DNA of 64,000 nucleotides. Source: Candidatus Uhrbacteria bacterium (GTDB lineage: Bacteria > Patescibacteriota > Patescibacteriia > UBA9934 > GWF2-40-263). Every line of letters starts with the position of its first letter. Position 1 is the stretch's first letter. The notes under the pieces were generated by a model that had not been told where the DNA came from, did no database searches, and was given only the letters and a program-made list of their open reading frames with translations. Where the stretch lies: positions 130,936 through 194,935 of the forward strand of contig JAERTI010000038.1 in NCBI GenBank assembly GCA_016844925.1, read 5' to 3'. The position numbers and the translations under genes were made by a program. Of the stretch, positions 25,943 through 35,479 are shown in pieces.

Positions 25943-27298
25943 ATGAACACACGTATTTTTTCAAAATCACTTTTCATCTCAGTTCTTGTGATTGCTGCGC
26001 TAGCGTCTGCTTCTCCCACTTTGGCTCGTGGGATGAATCACGGCGATCGGCCACTATTGAGTTGTGATGAATCAAAGGCGGTCTATGAGCTTCAGGACGA
26101 TGGTTCAATTCGGTCGTTTGCCACGGAGAAACTTTTCTATTCGTACTACAAGAGTTTCGATGCTCTTAAGAGTGTCTCTTGTGAAGAACTTCGTGCTTAC
26201 CAGATGGGCCCACAGATTAGATACACAGAACTGGCTGGGTTGTTTAAACATGAGTCTCGTCCTGATGTGTACGCCATTGATCTGGATTACATGACACTGA
26301 GAGGGAATCGAATTGAGCATCTTCAAGATGAGCAATCGGCTCGGGTTCATTTTGGTCCCGAGTGGCAGAAGAAGATAGTTGTGTATTCAAATGAGAAGTG
26401 GAAGCGTGAGATGACAGGCATCTATGTTGATGCGGGGTATGCAAAGGAGATCATGCTCGTGAAGTCAAAACGTTCTCCTGATGTCTTTGTCTTGAATGGA
26501 ACGCAGAAGGATACCTATGTACTGGAGAACGAAAAGCAGGCAGAAGAACGCTTCGGGAAAGATTGGAATCAATTGGTTGCCGAGATTGGTGACGAGCACC
26601 TCGAGAGCCTTCGTGCAATGCTCGTGCCTCTTGAGGAGACTGAGGATCCCAAGACGTCAGAGCAGAGCGTAAATCGTTCTACGCCAGAGCGGGTGCCCAC
26701 AACACAAGCACCTGTCGCGGTACATTCCGTGGCGAGAGAGGTGAAAGGGCGTGTTATTGATGCTGTGAGTGGGCTTCCGGTTGTAGGGGTTACGGCTGCG
26801 GTTTCAGGTTCAAGTATTCATGCTGTTACTGATACAAATGGAGAGTTCGTACTTACGTATTCAAGTGGGGTGGAGTATCGACAGGTCTCTATTGCCACTA
26901 GCAGATGGTATAAGCCTTCTCAGGTGAAAACGATGTTTGTGGGAGACTCTGTCGTGTTTAGTCTTGAGCCAGCGCGAGCTGATCGGAACTATGGTTTGGA
27001 GCACCCTGTGGTTAGCTACCAACCTTCCTCAAACGGAGGTGTTCAGTTGTCAGGGTATGTGTACGATGCCGTAACAGGCGAGTCGGTACCGAACGCATCT
27101 GTTGTTGCATCTCATGGTTCAATTTCTGGTCGAACAGATGCAAGTGGCTACTTTGTTACTAGGGCAACACGGGGCACGCATAGACTGTATGTGATGTATC
27201 GCGACGCTCAACAGAGACAGAAGATCGTTCCTGTGTACTATCAGGTGAATCTCGCACAGGGATCTCGGGCAGAAGTGATACTTACCATCGAGAGGTAA
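25943..27298 (+). CDS. secreted protein with C-terminal carboxypeptidase-regulatory-like (CarboxypepD_reg/Ig-like) repeats
   Basis: Signal peptide MNTRIFSKSLFISVLVIAALASA. Repeated GRVIDAVSGLPVVGVTAAV...TDTNGEFVL and GYVYDAVTGESVPNASV...TDASGYF beta-sandwich-like modules. The ORF-track N-extension from 25892 is not needed. Confidence 0.6.
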   Translation: MNTRIFSKSLFISVLVIAALASASPTLARGMNHGDRPLLSCDESKAVYELQDDGSIRSFATEKLFYSYYKSFDALKSVSCEELRAYQMGPQIRYTELAGLFKHESRPDVYAIDLDYMTLRGNRIEHLQDEQSARVHFGPEWQKKIVVYSNEKWKREMTGIYVDAGYAKEIMLVKSKRSPDVFVLNGTQKDTYVLENEKQAEERFGKDWNQLVAEIGDEHLESLRAMLVPLEETEDPKTSEQSVNRSTPERVPTTQAPVAVHSVAREVKGRVIDAVSGLPVVGVTAAVSGSSIHAVTDTNGEFVLTYSSGVEYRQVSIATSRWYKPSQVKTMFVGDSVVFSLEPARADRNYGLEHPVVSYQPSSNGGVQLSGYVYDAVTGESVPNASVVASHGSISGRTDASGYFVTRATRGTHRLYVMYRDAQQRQKIVPVYYQVNLAQGSRAEVILTIER

Positions 27299-27357
27299 TG
27301 ATTGAAAAAAAGTGGCCATAGGGCCACTTTTTGGTTTATGGAACGTGTGGAGTTCCG

Positions 27358-28236
27358 TTATTTCGATTGTTTCGCAGCGTACTCGATCATGGTTTTTGCT
27401 ACGTCGACGCCGGTGACTCTCTCCAGCTCTTTGAAGCCGGGGTTTGAGTTTACTTCTAGGACCAGAGGGCCACGTTTGGATCGGATGATGTCGACGCCGG
27501 CGATTTCTAGGTTAAAGACCTTTGCGCATTCTTTTGCCAGGGCGATCTCTTCAAGGGTGAGGTCAACTTGGTGACCGGTCCCACCGTTTGATGTATTTGC
27601 ACGAATGTCTCCAATGGGAGCCTGGCGTTCCATGGCCGCGATGACTTCGCCCCCTACGACGAGCACGCGCAGGTCCTTTCGTTTGGCTTCTTCGACGAAT
27701 TCTTCAACGATGAGAGGGTTGCGGTCTCGAATCACGAGATATTCTGCAATGGGGCGGAGCGTTTCAGGGTTCTCTGCGTAGAAGATGCCCTTACCATGCG
27801 TGCCGAAGGCGACCTTGAGAACGACGGGGAAGTTGATCTGACTCGCGAGCTCCAAAGCCTGCGTAGGGTCACGCGTGATGCCCCACTTAGGGCAGGGAAG
27901 ATTGTGCTCATCAAACACCATGTGCTGGATGAGCTTATTTTTTGTCCACGTAAATGTTGGTGTGCCGTTGATGATGCGCTGACCGCTGGCAAGGAGCTTG
28001 CGGACGGCGTAGGTGCGCAGGCTAGGTTCCTCAATGAAGTTTGGTCGAGAAATAATGACGTCGACATTCGGCAGAGCTTCACCTTGGTGTCGGATATCGC
28101 CGTTGAGAAATGAAAGACGGGGTTCGTAGATTTTGACCACGGTGTGGCCCATTGACTCGCCAGCTTCAATCAACCGGTCCACTCCTGTATGAACTTCGAG
28201 CTTGGGTTCAGAGAAGATGAGAATGCCAATGGTCAT
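27358..28236 (-). CDS. rimK: RimK-family ATP-grasp ligase (alpha-L-glutamate ligase-like)
   Basis: ATP-grasp fold with the RimK pattern (KVAFGTHGKGI...VVEEFVE...RVLVVGGEV...ANTSNGG...LEIAGVDI). The start at MTIGILIF (28236) lies 1 nt after the dus stop. Confidence 0.8.
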   Translation of the reverse strand: MTIGILIFSEPKLEVHTGVDRLIEAGESMGHTVVKIYEPRLSFLNGDIRHQGEALPNVDVIISRPNFIEEPSLRTYAVRKLLASGQRIINGTPTFTWTKNKLIQHMVFDEHNLPCPKWGITRDPTQALELASQINFPVVLKVAFGTHGKGIFYAENPETLRPIAEYLVIRDRNPLIVEEFVEEAKRKDLRVLVVGGEVIAAMERQAPIGDIRANTSNGGTGHQVDLTLEEIALAKECAKVFNLEIAGVDIIRSKRGPLVLEVNSNPGFKELERVTGVDVAKTMIEYAAKQSK

Positions 28237-28237
28237 A

Positions 28238-29275
28238 CTATTTTTTGATAAACAATCGGTTGGCAGCGAGTGGGTGCGATGCATCTCGGCGTGCAACGGC
28301 ACCACCTTTAAGACCGTCCTCGAGAACTTCATCGAGTACCGCATCGAGCTCTTCGATCGTGTCGACTGTGTGAAGCCGTGCCTTAAATGGCTTGGCGCCT
28401 GCGATGGCGCGGAAGTACCAGCTCAGGTGCTTACGGAAGGTTCGAACTGTGCCAGCATCGAATTGTTCAATGTGCCAGCGGGCGTGTTGTTTAATGACCT
28501 CGACACGCTCTTGCAGGGTAATCGGTTCGAATTCTTTACCGGCGAGTTGGTCCAAGATTTGTTTAAAGATCCATGGATTGCCGAGTGCGCCGCGTGCGAT
28601 AAGAACCCCCTCGGCACCAGAGGTCTCTAAGGCCTCTGTCATGAGCTGTGGGGTGTAGATGTCACCGTTGGCGAGAACAGGAATAGAGACGGTCTTAGCG
28701 AACTCACCAATGAGATCCCAGTCGCTCTGTCCTGTATAACCTTGCTTCTTTGTGCGTCCGTGAATGGTGATGAGGTCTGCACCTGCTTCTTCCAGGGCGA
28801 TACCAAAGGTGAGGCACTCTTTTGGATCTTCCCATCCAGCACGAATCTTCACACTGACGGGTTTGTCTGTTGCCTCCTTCATAGCTCGTACGATCGCTGT
28901 AGCACGATCAGCGTCTCTCATGAGCGATGCGCCGTTGAATGAGTGAACAACTTTGTAGACAGGGCAGCCCATGTTGATGTCAAAGCCCTCGGGGTTGTGA
29001 TCGCGGTCGATGATGCGTGTAGCCTCAGCCATCTTCTCGGGCTCGCTTCCAAAGATCTGTTGGACAATCGGGCGTTCATCAGGATGGATCTCTGTCATGC
29101 CGAGCGTTTTGTCGTTTCCGCGAATGATGGCCTCGGAAGAGACCATCTCACGGAACACAATCACGTCAGGTCCAGAGATCTTGCGCACGACACGACAAAA
29201 CGCACTGTCCGTCATGTCGGCCATGGGGGACAGGGCAATAATGGGTCGTTGAATTGTGGCCCAGTCGAGTTTCAT
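28238..29275 (-). CDS. dus: tRNA-dihydrouridine synthase
   Basis: LSPMADMTDSAFR...INMGCP...KIRAGW...ITIHGRT...ANGDI. This is the Dus FMN-binding TIM barrel with the catalytic Cys. Confidence 0.9.
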   Translation of the reverse strand: MKLDWATIQRPIIALSPMADMTDSAFCRVVRKISGPDVIVFREMVSSEAIIRGNDKTLGMTEIHPDERPIVQQIFGSEPEKMAEATRIIDRDHNPEGFDINMGCPVYKVVHSFNGASLMRDADRATAIVRAMKEATDKPVSVKIRAGWEDPKECLTFGIALEEAGADLITIHGRTKKQGYTGQSDWDLIGEFAKTVSIPVLANGDIYTPQLMTEALETSGAEGVLIARGALGNPWIFKQILDQLAGKEFEPITLQERVEVIKQHARWHIEQFDAGTVRTFRKHLSWYFRAIAGAKPFKARLHTVDTIEELDAVLDEVLEDGLKGGAVARRDASHPLAANRLFIKK

Positions 29276-29296
29276 ATCGGGCCGAGAATAGCTGAT

Positions 29297-30382
29297 TTAT
29301 TGGATCGTTTCAAGCATCTGCTCCAGATCAACGGAGTTGATGGCTGTGAGCCAGTCTGAGTTTTGGTCTACGTATTCAAGAGCTTCCGTGTAGAGGGCCC
29401 AGTGTGCCTCCTGGTGATCCTCTGGGCGAATGCGGATATGGTCGTAGGAGGCGGTGGTGTCGTAGGGTGGCTCGAATGCGACCTGACGGCCATTGTTCCA
29501 GTCCTCCCAGTAGATAGGAGCGAAGGGGGTGTTGGTGAGATAAAAATTGTTCTCGTGGTACTTGAGGTTTACAAACCAGTCGCGCGTGCCGTCAAAGCCG
29601 TCGGTCCAGTCGGCGAACTCGCTTTCAGGATCAAATCGTTCTGGGACGCGGAACTCATAGAGCTTTACTTCCTGATCTTCAGGGCGCTTGTTGAGGCCGT
29701 GGATCATCTCGCTGATGTCGGAACCGCCCTGTTCATGCAGGACGGTAAAGAGTGCTCCAAGCTCCTCGAACACTTGAGAGTACTCAGCACCATTTCTGCC
29801 GTTTGTCTGGCCGACGATGCGAGGGGCGTAGCCAAGTTGGTCTTTGAGGAATTGGAAACCGCCAGGTTCGTCACTGAGATACCTTCCTGTCTCCATGTCT
29901 AGACGATGCGTTTCAAATCCCATGAAGGTTTCATAGCGCTCTTGTGAGCTCATGCCCATGAGACCAACCTGATCGAATCCAGAGACGATTGGATGTGGTG
30001 GACGTACGTGATACGAGACAGCGACATACGCAGAGCTGCGGATGCGCTCCATGAGTTCCGGTGACTGTTCAACGTAGATTTGTGTGACGGTATCCGTGAG
30101 ATGAAACTCAACAGGGATCTCATACTGCTCATGAAGGTCCATGAGGCGGTTCAGTGTCTCGATGCTTTTTTCTGGGAAGAGCCAGTCATGAACATTGGTG
30201 ACAAACTGGACGTAGATTTGTGGTTCCGTTGATCGTGTTGTTGTTTCGGTTTCAACAGGTTCACTCTCTGGAGACTCTACGACGATTTCGTTTGTTGGTT
30301 CTTCGGGAGGTGTGAGCGGCTCGGGTGCACATCCAATGCCCATAAGTACGAGGATGGCGATGAGGAGAAGTAATCGATGCAT
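29297..30382 (-). CDS. putative lipoprotein, distantly related to the 24115..25017 deacetylase-like protein
   Basis: MHRLLLLIAILVLMGIGC resembles a lipobox. The central region aligns with the 24115 protein (EYE-x-x-[LV]-x-[LF]-H...H..PPH). It is acidic. Confidence 0.5.
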   Translation of the reverse strand: MHRLLLLIAILVLMGIGCAPEPLTPPEEPTNEIVVESPESEPVETETTTRSTEPQIYVQFVTNVHDWLFPEKSIETLNRLMDLHEQYEIPVEFHLTDTVTQIYVEQSPELMERIRSSAYVAVSYHVRPPHPIVSGFDQVGLMGMSSQERYETFMGFETHRLDMETGRYLSDEPGGFQFLKDQLGYAPRIVGQTNGRNGAEYSQVFEELGALFTVLHEQGGSDISEMIHGLNKRPEDQEVKLYEFRVPERFDPESEFADWTDGFDGTRDWFVNLKYHENNFYLTNTPFAPIYWEDWNNGRQVAFEPPYDTTASYDHIRIRPEDHQEAHWALYTEALEYVDQNSDWLTAINSVDLEQMLETIQ

Positions 30383-30423
30383 AGTCTCGATAAAAAATGA
30401 TGACTCCAGTATACTGCTGTCAT

Positions 30424-30825
30424 ATGGCAAAGTCGAAACAATCATCAACCTATCTTTACGGCGCGGCGGCTCTTATAGCTGTTGGGCTGATTATTTTCGC
30501 AGCGACGAATGTGTCCTCAACAAGTGGGCCATCCATTTACGACGAGTTCGCTCAGTGCGTTACGGAGTCAGAAACGACCATGTACGGCGCTTGGTGGTGT
30601 CCGCACTGTTCAGATCAGAAGGAAGCGTTTGGGAGCTCATTCGATTACATTAATTACATCGAGTGTTCGAATGCCACACGTGGCATGACGCAGGAGTGTC
30701 AGGATGCTGGCATTGAGGGATACCCAACATGGGAGTTTCCTGATGGATCGCGAATCGCTGGGTTTGTGCCGCTCAACACCATTGCAGAGCAGTCAGGGTG
30801 TGAGCTCCCAGATGAAGAGCTATGA
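30424..30825 (+). CDS. thioredoxin-fold protein (CPHC active site), partner of VKOR
   Basis: N-terminal TM anchor, then the WCPHC thioredoxin motif. It is immediately followed by, and overlaps, the VKOR gene. Confidence 0.7.
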   Translation: MAKSKQSSTYLYGAAALIAVGLIIFAATNVSSTSGPSIYDEFAQCVTESETTMYGAWWCPHCSDQKEAFGSSFDYINYIECSNATRGMTQECQDAGIEGYPTWEFPDGSRIAGFVPLNTIAEQSGCELPDEEL

Positions 30826-31253
30826 ATCGCGCCAACGTCCTAAAGGTCATTATTGTTCTGGGACTTCTCGGTGTAGCGTTGTCGGCGTACACGCTTGCGT
30901 ATAAGTACGGCGCTGCTACGGCGGAGTTTTGTTCCATTAACGATACGTTCGATTGTGATCTGGTGAATCAGAGCACGTACTCAATGATCTTTGGCATCCC
31001 CGTTTCCGCCTTGGGAGTTCTTGGGTACGGATTCATTGCTCTGACAGCATTCATGAAGCTGCGCAATCCTTCAGATAAGAGCCTGACGAATTTCTTAACA
31101 CTACTTACGCTCGGTGCGCTGGGATTCAGTTTTTATCTCTCAGGTATCGAGGCATTTGTGTTGCGAGCCTGGTGTCTGCTGTGTCTGGCGAGTCAGGCGA
31201 TCATCTTAGTCACAACAGGGTTCGTCTTTAAACTCAGGTCCTATGACAAATGA
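30822..31253 (+). CDS. vitamin K epoxide reductase (VKOR) family protein
   Basis: 4-TM protein with the loop Cys pair (CSINDTFDCD) and a CLLC active-site motif in the last helix. Confidence 0.8.
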   Translation: MNRANVLKVIIVLGLLGVALSAYTLAYKYGAATAEFCSINDTFDCDLVNQSTYSMIFGIPVSALGVLGYGFIALTAFMKLRNPSDKSLTNFLTLLTLGALGFSFYLSGIEAFVLRAWCLLCLASQAIILVTTGFVFKLRSYDK

Positions 31254-31467
31254 ACAAATGCATTACACACCAGAGAATCTCTTCAATGAAGTTTCTGCCC
31301 GTGCGCAAGAGCAGGGGGTGACAGAGCAGGCGGCTTGGGATGACCTGGTTGAGCAGACCATTGAACAGCATCGCCAAGTGGGGGAGATGCATACCGATGA
31401 CCCAACAGAAGATTTAGGGGCGCATGTGAAAGGACGTTGGGCTGACTATAAAGCAACACTTGTATGA
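31243..31467 (+). CDS. small acidic hypothetical protein
   Basis: 74 aa. It overlaps the VKOR stop and its own stop overlaps the next start (ATGA). Confidence 0.4.
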   Translation: MTNEQMHYTPENLFNEVSARAQEQGVTEQAAWDDLVEQTIEQHRQVGEMHTDDPTEDLGAHVKGRWADYKATLV

Positions 31468-32831
31468 AGCTTTCATTTCACGGGGCGGTTCGCGGGGTAA
31501 CGGGGTCTTGTCACAGGCTCCAAGTTCAAGATGCTGACGGCAAAGACCATCAGCTTCTTTTTGATTGCGGGATGTTTCAGGGGGAGCACATGTGTGGCAG
31601 CAAAAACTTTGAGGAGTTTGGGTTTCGTGCTTCTGAGATCGAAGCGGTCTTTATTACGCACCCCCATGCGGATCACACAGGGCGTCTGCCTAAGCTTATG
31701 AAGGAGGGGTTCAAGGGAAAGATCTATATGATTGAACCTTGTGTTGGGCTGTCCCGTCTTGTACTTGAAGATGCGCACCACATCATGACGGAGAACGCGA
31801 ACAAGTGTGGAAGTCCCGTGTTATATGAATTGGAGGATCTCAATGAAGCGTTCGATAGTGTTGAGGCAGTCAGTTACCACGAGCAGATCGACATTGCTCC
31901 GGGAGTGAGTGTGATGTTCCACGAGGCGGGACATGTGCTGGGCTCGGCGTATATTTCCGTTGATGCTGAGGGGAAGCGCGTGGTGTTCTCTGGGGACATT
32001 GGAAACGATGATGTGCCGATTCTTCCTGATACAGAGCAACTCTCCCGCGCTGATGTGGTTGTGTGTGAGTCGACGTACGGGCATCGCAAACATGAGGGTG
32101 TTGAGGAACGTGGAATCAAATTGAAGGCAGCGATTGAGGAGGTGATTCATAATCGAGGTGTGCTCATGATCCCGTCGTTCTCTATCGAGCGAACGCAGGA
32201 GTTGCTCTATGAGATTGATCGTCTGCTTCTCAATGAGTTGAACACAAAAATTCCAATTTACTTGGATAGCCCCATGGCGATTAAGGCGACGGCTATTTAT
32301 CGTCAGTATAAAAACTACCTACGGTTCGATGTGCCGATTACGAGCGAGCCAGACCAGGACTTCTTTAGTTTCCCAAATCTTCGAGAGACCCTATCGGCCG
32401 GTGAGAGCAAGGTGATTAATAATGTGGTGCCACCAAAGATTATTATTGCTGGTTCGGGGATGATGTCCGGTGGGCGGATCTTGCACCATCTGATTCGTTA
32501 TCTCTCAGATAGCAAGAACAGGTTGCTGATCATTGGTTACCAGGCGAGAGGCACGCTTGGACGAAAGCTCTATGAGGGGGCAAAGAAGGTGCACATCTTT
32601 GGTGAGGAAGTGATGGTCAGAGCGAAGATCTCTGCCATCGGATCGTTCAGTGCTCACGGGGACATGGATAAGATCACGCGTTGGCTGACTCCGGAGGAAG
32701 CGAAGCCACCAGGAAAAATTTTCTTGGTGCATGGCGATCCGGAATCAAAAGAAGTATTTGGTACACACTTGAGGCATCATCTTGGGAGCGACGTTATTAT
32801 TCCTGGTTGGCAGAGTGAGTACGAACTATGA
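31464..32831 (+). CDS. MBL-fold beta-CASP family ribonuclease/hydrolase
   Basis: HxHxDH (ITHPHADHTG). Downstream beta-CASP motifs (FHEAGHVLGSA; SGDIG; CESTYG; SAHGD). 455 aa. Confidence 0.85.
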   Translation: MKLSFHGAVRGVTGSCHRLQVQDADGKDHQLLFDCGMFQGEHMCGSKNFEEFGFRASEIEAVFITHPHADHTGRLPKLMKEGFKGKIYMIEPCVGLSRLVLEDAHHIMTENANKCGSPVLYELEDLNEAFDSVEAVSYHEQIDIAPGVSVMFHEAGHVLGSAYISVDAEGKRVVFSGDIGNDDVPILPDTEQLSRADVVVCESTYGHRKHEGVEERGIKLKAAIEEVIHNRGVLMIPSFSIERTQELLYEIDRLLLNELNTKIPIYLDSPMAIKATAIYRQYKNYLRFDVPITSEPDQDFFSFPNLRETLSAGESKVINNVVPPKIIIAGSGMMSGGRILHHLIRYLSDSKNRLLIIGYQARGTLGRKLYEGAKKVHIFGEEVMVRAKISAIGSFSAHGDMDKITRWLTPEEAKPPGKIFLVHGDPESKEVFGTHLRHHLGSDVIIPGWQSEYEL

Positions 32832-34054
32832 ACATGTTTTCACCTGGGCGCAGGGAGCGTAGGGAGGAACCAGCATTTCATTACGAGCTATTAGAGAATC
32901 CGAAAACACGAGAAGATCTTTTAAGGGGCATGGATAATCTCATGGAGACTATTCAGGACCGAGATGTTGATACGGTGGTCTTCCTTGATCGCTCAGCACG
33001 ACCACTCTCCTGGCTTATGCGGGAGCGATGGCGATTATCTGATAGCGACAAGCCCATGCCGGAGATGAAGTTTGTGAATATTGGCCTAGCCACTTCGGTT
33101 CATCCTGGATCGAGAGATCTCACGATTCCAGGAGGAGGGGCGTATTATCCATATCCCTCATCTAGTTCCCGACAGGATTTTGTGAGGAAGAAGATGATGA
33201 GCAATCAATGGTTATCACCTGAGGATGTTCCCACCCGATGGTCGGAGGGGTTGTTGGATCATGAAGATGAGGTACAGGAACTTGAAGATGTGTTTGGGTC
33301 GAACTTAGATGGAAAGCGTGTTTTGGTGGTTGATGAAATGGTAAACACGGGAAAGAATCTTTTAACGGCGGTCTCCCTTTTTTCTTTGATGTTTCCAAAA
33401 TTGAAGGAGGTTCAGGGAACAGCGTTCAAACTTTCTAAGGGGATGGGGTATGACGAAGACCGGAAAGCAATTCCTTGGTTAAAGATGCCTGGCATGACTG
33501 GCGTACTGGAGCTGCCAGACAGGTTATTCCAGTCGGGAGCGATTACCGCGGAAAATTTGGAGAGTATTCGTGATGCACTTAGGCAAGAAAGGAAACGTGA
33601 GGTGAAGACATTGGGTGAGTCGCTTTTACCCGCGATGAATGTGTTGGATAAAGTCGTGGATCAGTGGGATGAGATTAAGGCTCATAAGGGGTTTGATCAG
33701 CGGTACATTACGGTGATTGAAAGAGATCTGGAATCCGCTCGTAAAACGATGAGAGCCTTTCTCGATACGGGTGAGCATGGTTTTACACCTGAATACGAAA
33801 AACAGATGTACGATTTGTCTATCGCGTTCGGAGGGTTAAGTAATGATGTGGGAGATGCGCCATTTGCACAGATGTTGCATGAGGCCGCGCATCTGACTGA
33901 TAAGGTTGATTATGAGAAGGGGCACAAAACGCTTCAGGAGATCGATCAATACCTGGATGCCGATTATGCTGACTTGGAGGCGTTGAGAGCGCGTGCCACG
34001 ACTCTACGAAAGGAGATTAAGGAGCTTGCAAAAGAGACGTACGAAGTCTTTTAA
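32828..34054 (+). CDS. phosphoribosyltransferase-domain protein with long C-terminal extension of unknown function
   Basis: Type I PRTase PRPP-binding motif VLVVDEMVNTGKNLLTAV. The C-terminal ~200 aa are unassigned. Its start overlaps the stop of the beta-CASP gene. Confidence 0.6.
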   Translation: MNMFSPGRRERREEPAFHYELLENPKTREDLLRGMDNLMETIQDRDVDTVVFLDRSARPLSWLMRERWRLSDSDKPMPEMKFVNIGLATSVHPGSRDLTIPGGGAYYPYPSSSSRQDFVRKKMMSNQWLSPEDVPTRWSEGLLDHEDEVQELEDVFGSNLDGKRVLVVDEMVNTGKNLLTAVSLFSLMFPKLKEVQGTAFKLSKGMGYDEDRKAIPWLKMPGMTGVLELPDRLFQSGAITAENLESIRDALRQERKREVKTLGESLLPAMNVLDKVVDQWDEIKAHKGFDQRYITVIERDLESARKTMRAFLDTGEHGFTPEYEKQMYDLSIAFGGLSNDVGDAPFAQMLHEAAHLTDKVDYEKGHKTLQEIDQYLDADYADLEALRARATTLRKEIKELAKETYEVF

Positions 34055-34120
34055 AAAAGAACCATTGCACCCTGGTCATGCCAGGGTGTTTTTGTTACTG
34101 TCGCGGCGAAGGAGGACAAC

Positions 34121-35362
34121 ATGTCCAACAAGCTGCCCGATGACGTCTCTCCTGAGACGTTCGCACTGCACGGAGGGTACGACCCCGCTCGATCCGAGGG
34201 GGCGCTCAAGCCGCCCGTGTTTCAGACCTCCACGTTCGTGGCAACCACGGCCGAGGAGATGGCACGATGCTTCGAGCAGGCCTATGGCCTTGATGGTCAG
34301 CCTCCACGTGCGCCCGATGAGCTCATCTATTCGCGCGTGGTGAACCCGAACCTGCAGATCACCGAAGAGCGGTGGGCGCGGTTCGAGGGAGCTGAGGCGG
34401 CCGCCCTGTTCGCCAGTGGCATGGCCGCTATCTCCACCACGCTGCTCACCCTGCTACGGCCGGGAGATACGGTGATGTACTCCACCCCGGTGTACGGTGG
34501 GACGGACTACTTCATGGAGCACGTGCTCCCGGCCTTCAAGATCAAGACGGTTTCGTTCCCGGTGACGCTCTCTGCCGAGCGGATCTACGCCAAGTGGATC
34601 AACATGGATCCCAGACCCAAGGTCATCTATCTCGAGAGTCCTGCCAACCCCACACTGGAGCTGGCGGACCTCGGTGGAATGGCCGGGGCATTCCAGGGAC
34701 CGGAAGGCCGTCCGCTCATCGTGGTGGATGGGACCGTGCTCGGCCCGGTGTTCATGAAGCCGCTGGCGCTGGGGGCAGACCTGGTGCTGCACTCGGCCAC
34801 CAAGTCCATCGGCGGTCATAGCGATCTGATTGCCGGCATCGTCGCCGGCCCCGCGTACCTCGTGGGACAGATCAAGGCGATGCGAACCATCATGGGCCCC
34901 ATCTGCGACCCGCAGACGGCGTGGCTCATCGCCCGCAGCCTCGAGGACTACAAGGTCCGCGTGGAAGCAGCGCAGCACAAGGCCCTCAAGGTCGCGCGCT
35001 TCCTGCAGGAGCACGATGCTGTGCACCGGCTCTACTACCCGGGCATGCATCCTAGTCGCGATCAGGGGGAGCGCTTTCAGCAGATGTGCAGCGGTCACGG
35101 CTCGCTCATGAGCTTCCGTGTCCGAGGTGGCCAGGAGGCGGCCTACCGCGTGCTCAACGCCCTGCGCGTGATCAAGCTCGCGGTCTCTCTCGGGGGCACC
35201 GAGTCGCTCGCTGAGCATCCGCGGACGCACACCCACAGCGACATTCCGCTGGCGGCCCAGGACAAGATGGGCATCACGCCCGACCTGATCCGTCTCTCTG
35301 TCGGTCTGGAGGATGCCGACGACTTGATCGACGATCTGGATCAGGCGCTGGAGCTGATCTAG
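34121..35362 (+). CDS. Cys/Met-metabolism PLP-dependent enzyme (cystathionine gamma-synthase / methionine gamma-lyase / O-acetylhomoserine sulfhydrylase family)
   Basis: The SATKSIGGHSDLIAG PLP-lysine region and the overall family pattern. Good SD (AAGGAGG). The gene is conspicuously GC-rich. Confidence 0.85.
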   Translation: MSNKLPDDVSPETFALHGGYDPARSEGALKPPVFQTSTFVATTAEEMARCFEQAYGLDGQPPRAPDELIYSRVVNPNLQITEERWARFEGAEAAALFASGMAAISTTLLTLLRPGDTVMYSTPVYGGTDYFMEHVLPAFKIKTVSFPVTLSAERIYAKWINMDPRPKVIYLESPANPTLELADLGGMAGAFQGPEGRPLIVVDGTVLGPVFMKPLALGADLVLHSATKSIGGHSDLIAGIVAGPAYLVGQIKAMRTIMGPICDPQTAWLIARSLEDYKVRVEAAQHKALKVARFLQEHDAVHRLYYPGMHPSRDQGERFQQMCSGHGSLMSFRVRGGQEAAYRVLNALRVIKLAVSLGGTESLAEHPRTHTHSDIPLAAQDKMGITPDLIRLSVGLEDADDLIDDLDQALELI

Positions 35363-35479
35363 AACACACGCCGACCCTCATGTGAGGGTCTTTTTTCTTT
35401 TAACAAACAATCATGCCGCCATTGACATCTGTACAAAAACGGACTAGGTTACGGCGTCGCATACGGCGGCAGAAAGGGG

